DNA from: Octopus sinensis | Lineage: Eukaryota | Assembly (NCBI RefSeq): GCF_006345805.1 | Contig: NC_043005.1 | Span: 51,336,001 to 51,400,000 of the forward strand | Direction of reading: 5' to 3' | DNA length: 64,000 bases | Part shown: positions 63,822-64,000 of the stretch, piece after piece | Layout: each line of letters starts with the position of its first letter | How positions within the stretch are numbered: the first letter of the stretch is position 1 | Made by a program: the position numbers and the translations under genes | The notes under the pieces: generated by a model | Databases searched by the model: none | Seen by the model: the letters and a program-made list of their open reading frames with translations, nothing else | What the model was told of the DNA's origin: nothing

Positions 63822-64000
63822 ATATCCTCGCTCTACCCACCACACCCATCTCTATAGTCCTTTAGGACAGTTTTTCATTTCTCCTTCACGTTACCCATTT
63901 TTGTCTTGTCTTGCAGGCCTAAGGGATTTTTTTTTTTTATTTTACTGTATATGTATTGTTATCTGTCTGTGTGTGTCTTTATTCTGTTTATTGTCTTGTA

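Overview
AT-rich, repeat-saturated eukaryotic DNA, most likely intergenic or intronic sequence from an octopus or other cephalopod. That assignment is inferred from the SINE families and microsatellite load and was not database-checked. No complete host gene, rRNA, real tRNA or CRISPR array is supportable. Contents: (i) a young CR1-group LINE on the minus strand with an uninterrupted APE-endonuclease/RT ORF2 (13355-16312) and a 5'-truncated, frameshifted CCCH-finger ORF1; (ii) fragments of further CR1-group, RTE and R4/Dong-like retrotransposons; (iii) a Tx1/L1-type ORF1-only element; (iv) decayed mariner and Tc1 transposons, a mariner MITE and non-autonomous Helitron-like elements; (v) three tRNA-derived SINE families, one forming dimers, trimers and a 7-mer inside single target-site duplications; (vi) two Penelope-like repeats carrying a hammerhead-like motif; (vii) about 7 kb of TA-based micro/minisatellite and one 100-N gap. 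The main signal not explained by repeats is a set of diverged, mutually related exon-like segments on the minus strand at 36.0, 41.1, 42.6, 52.8 and 62.1 kb. They show shared splice signals and phases and may be a decaying tandem gene or exon array of unknown identity.
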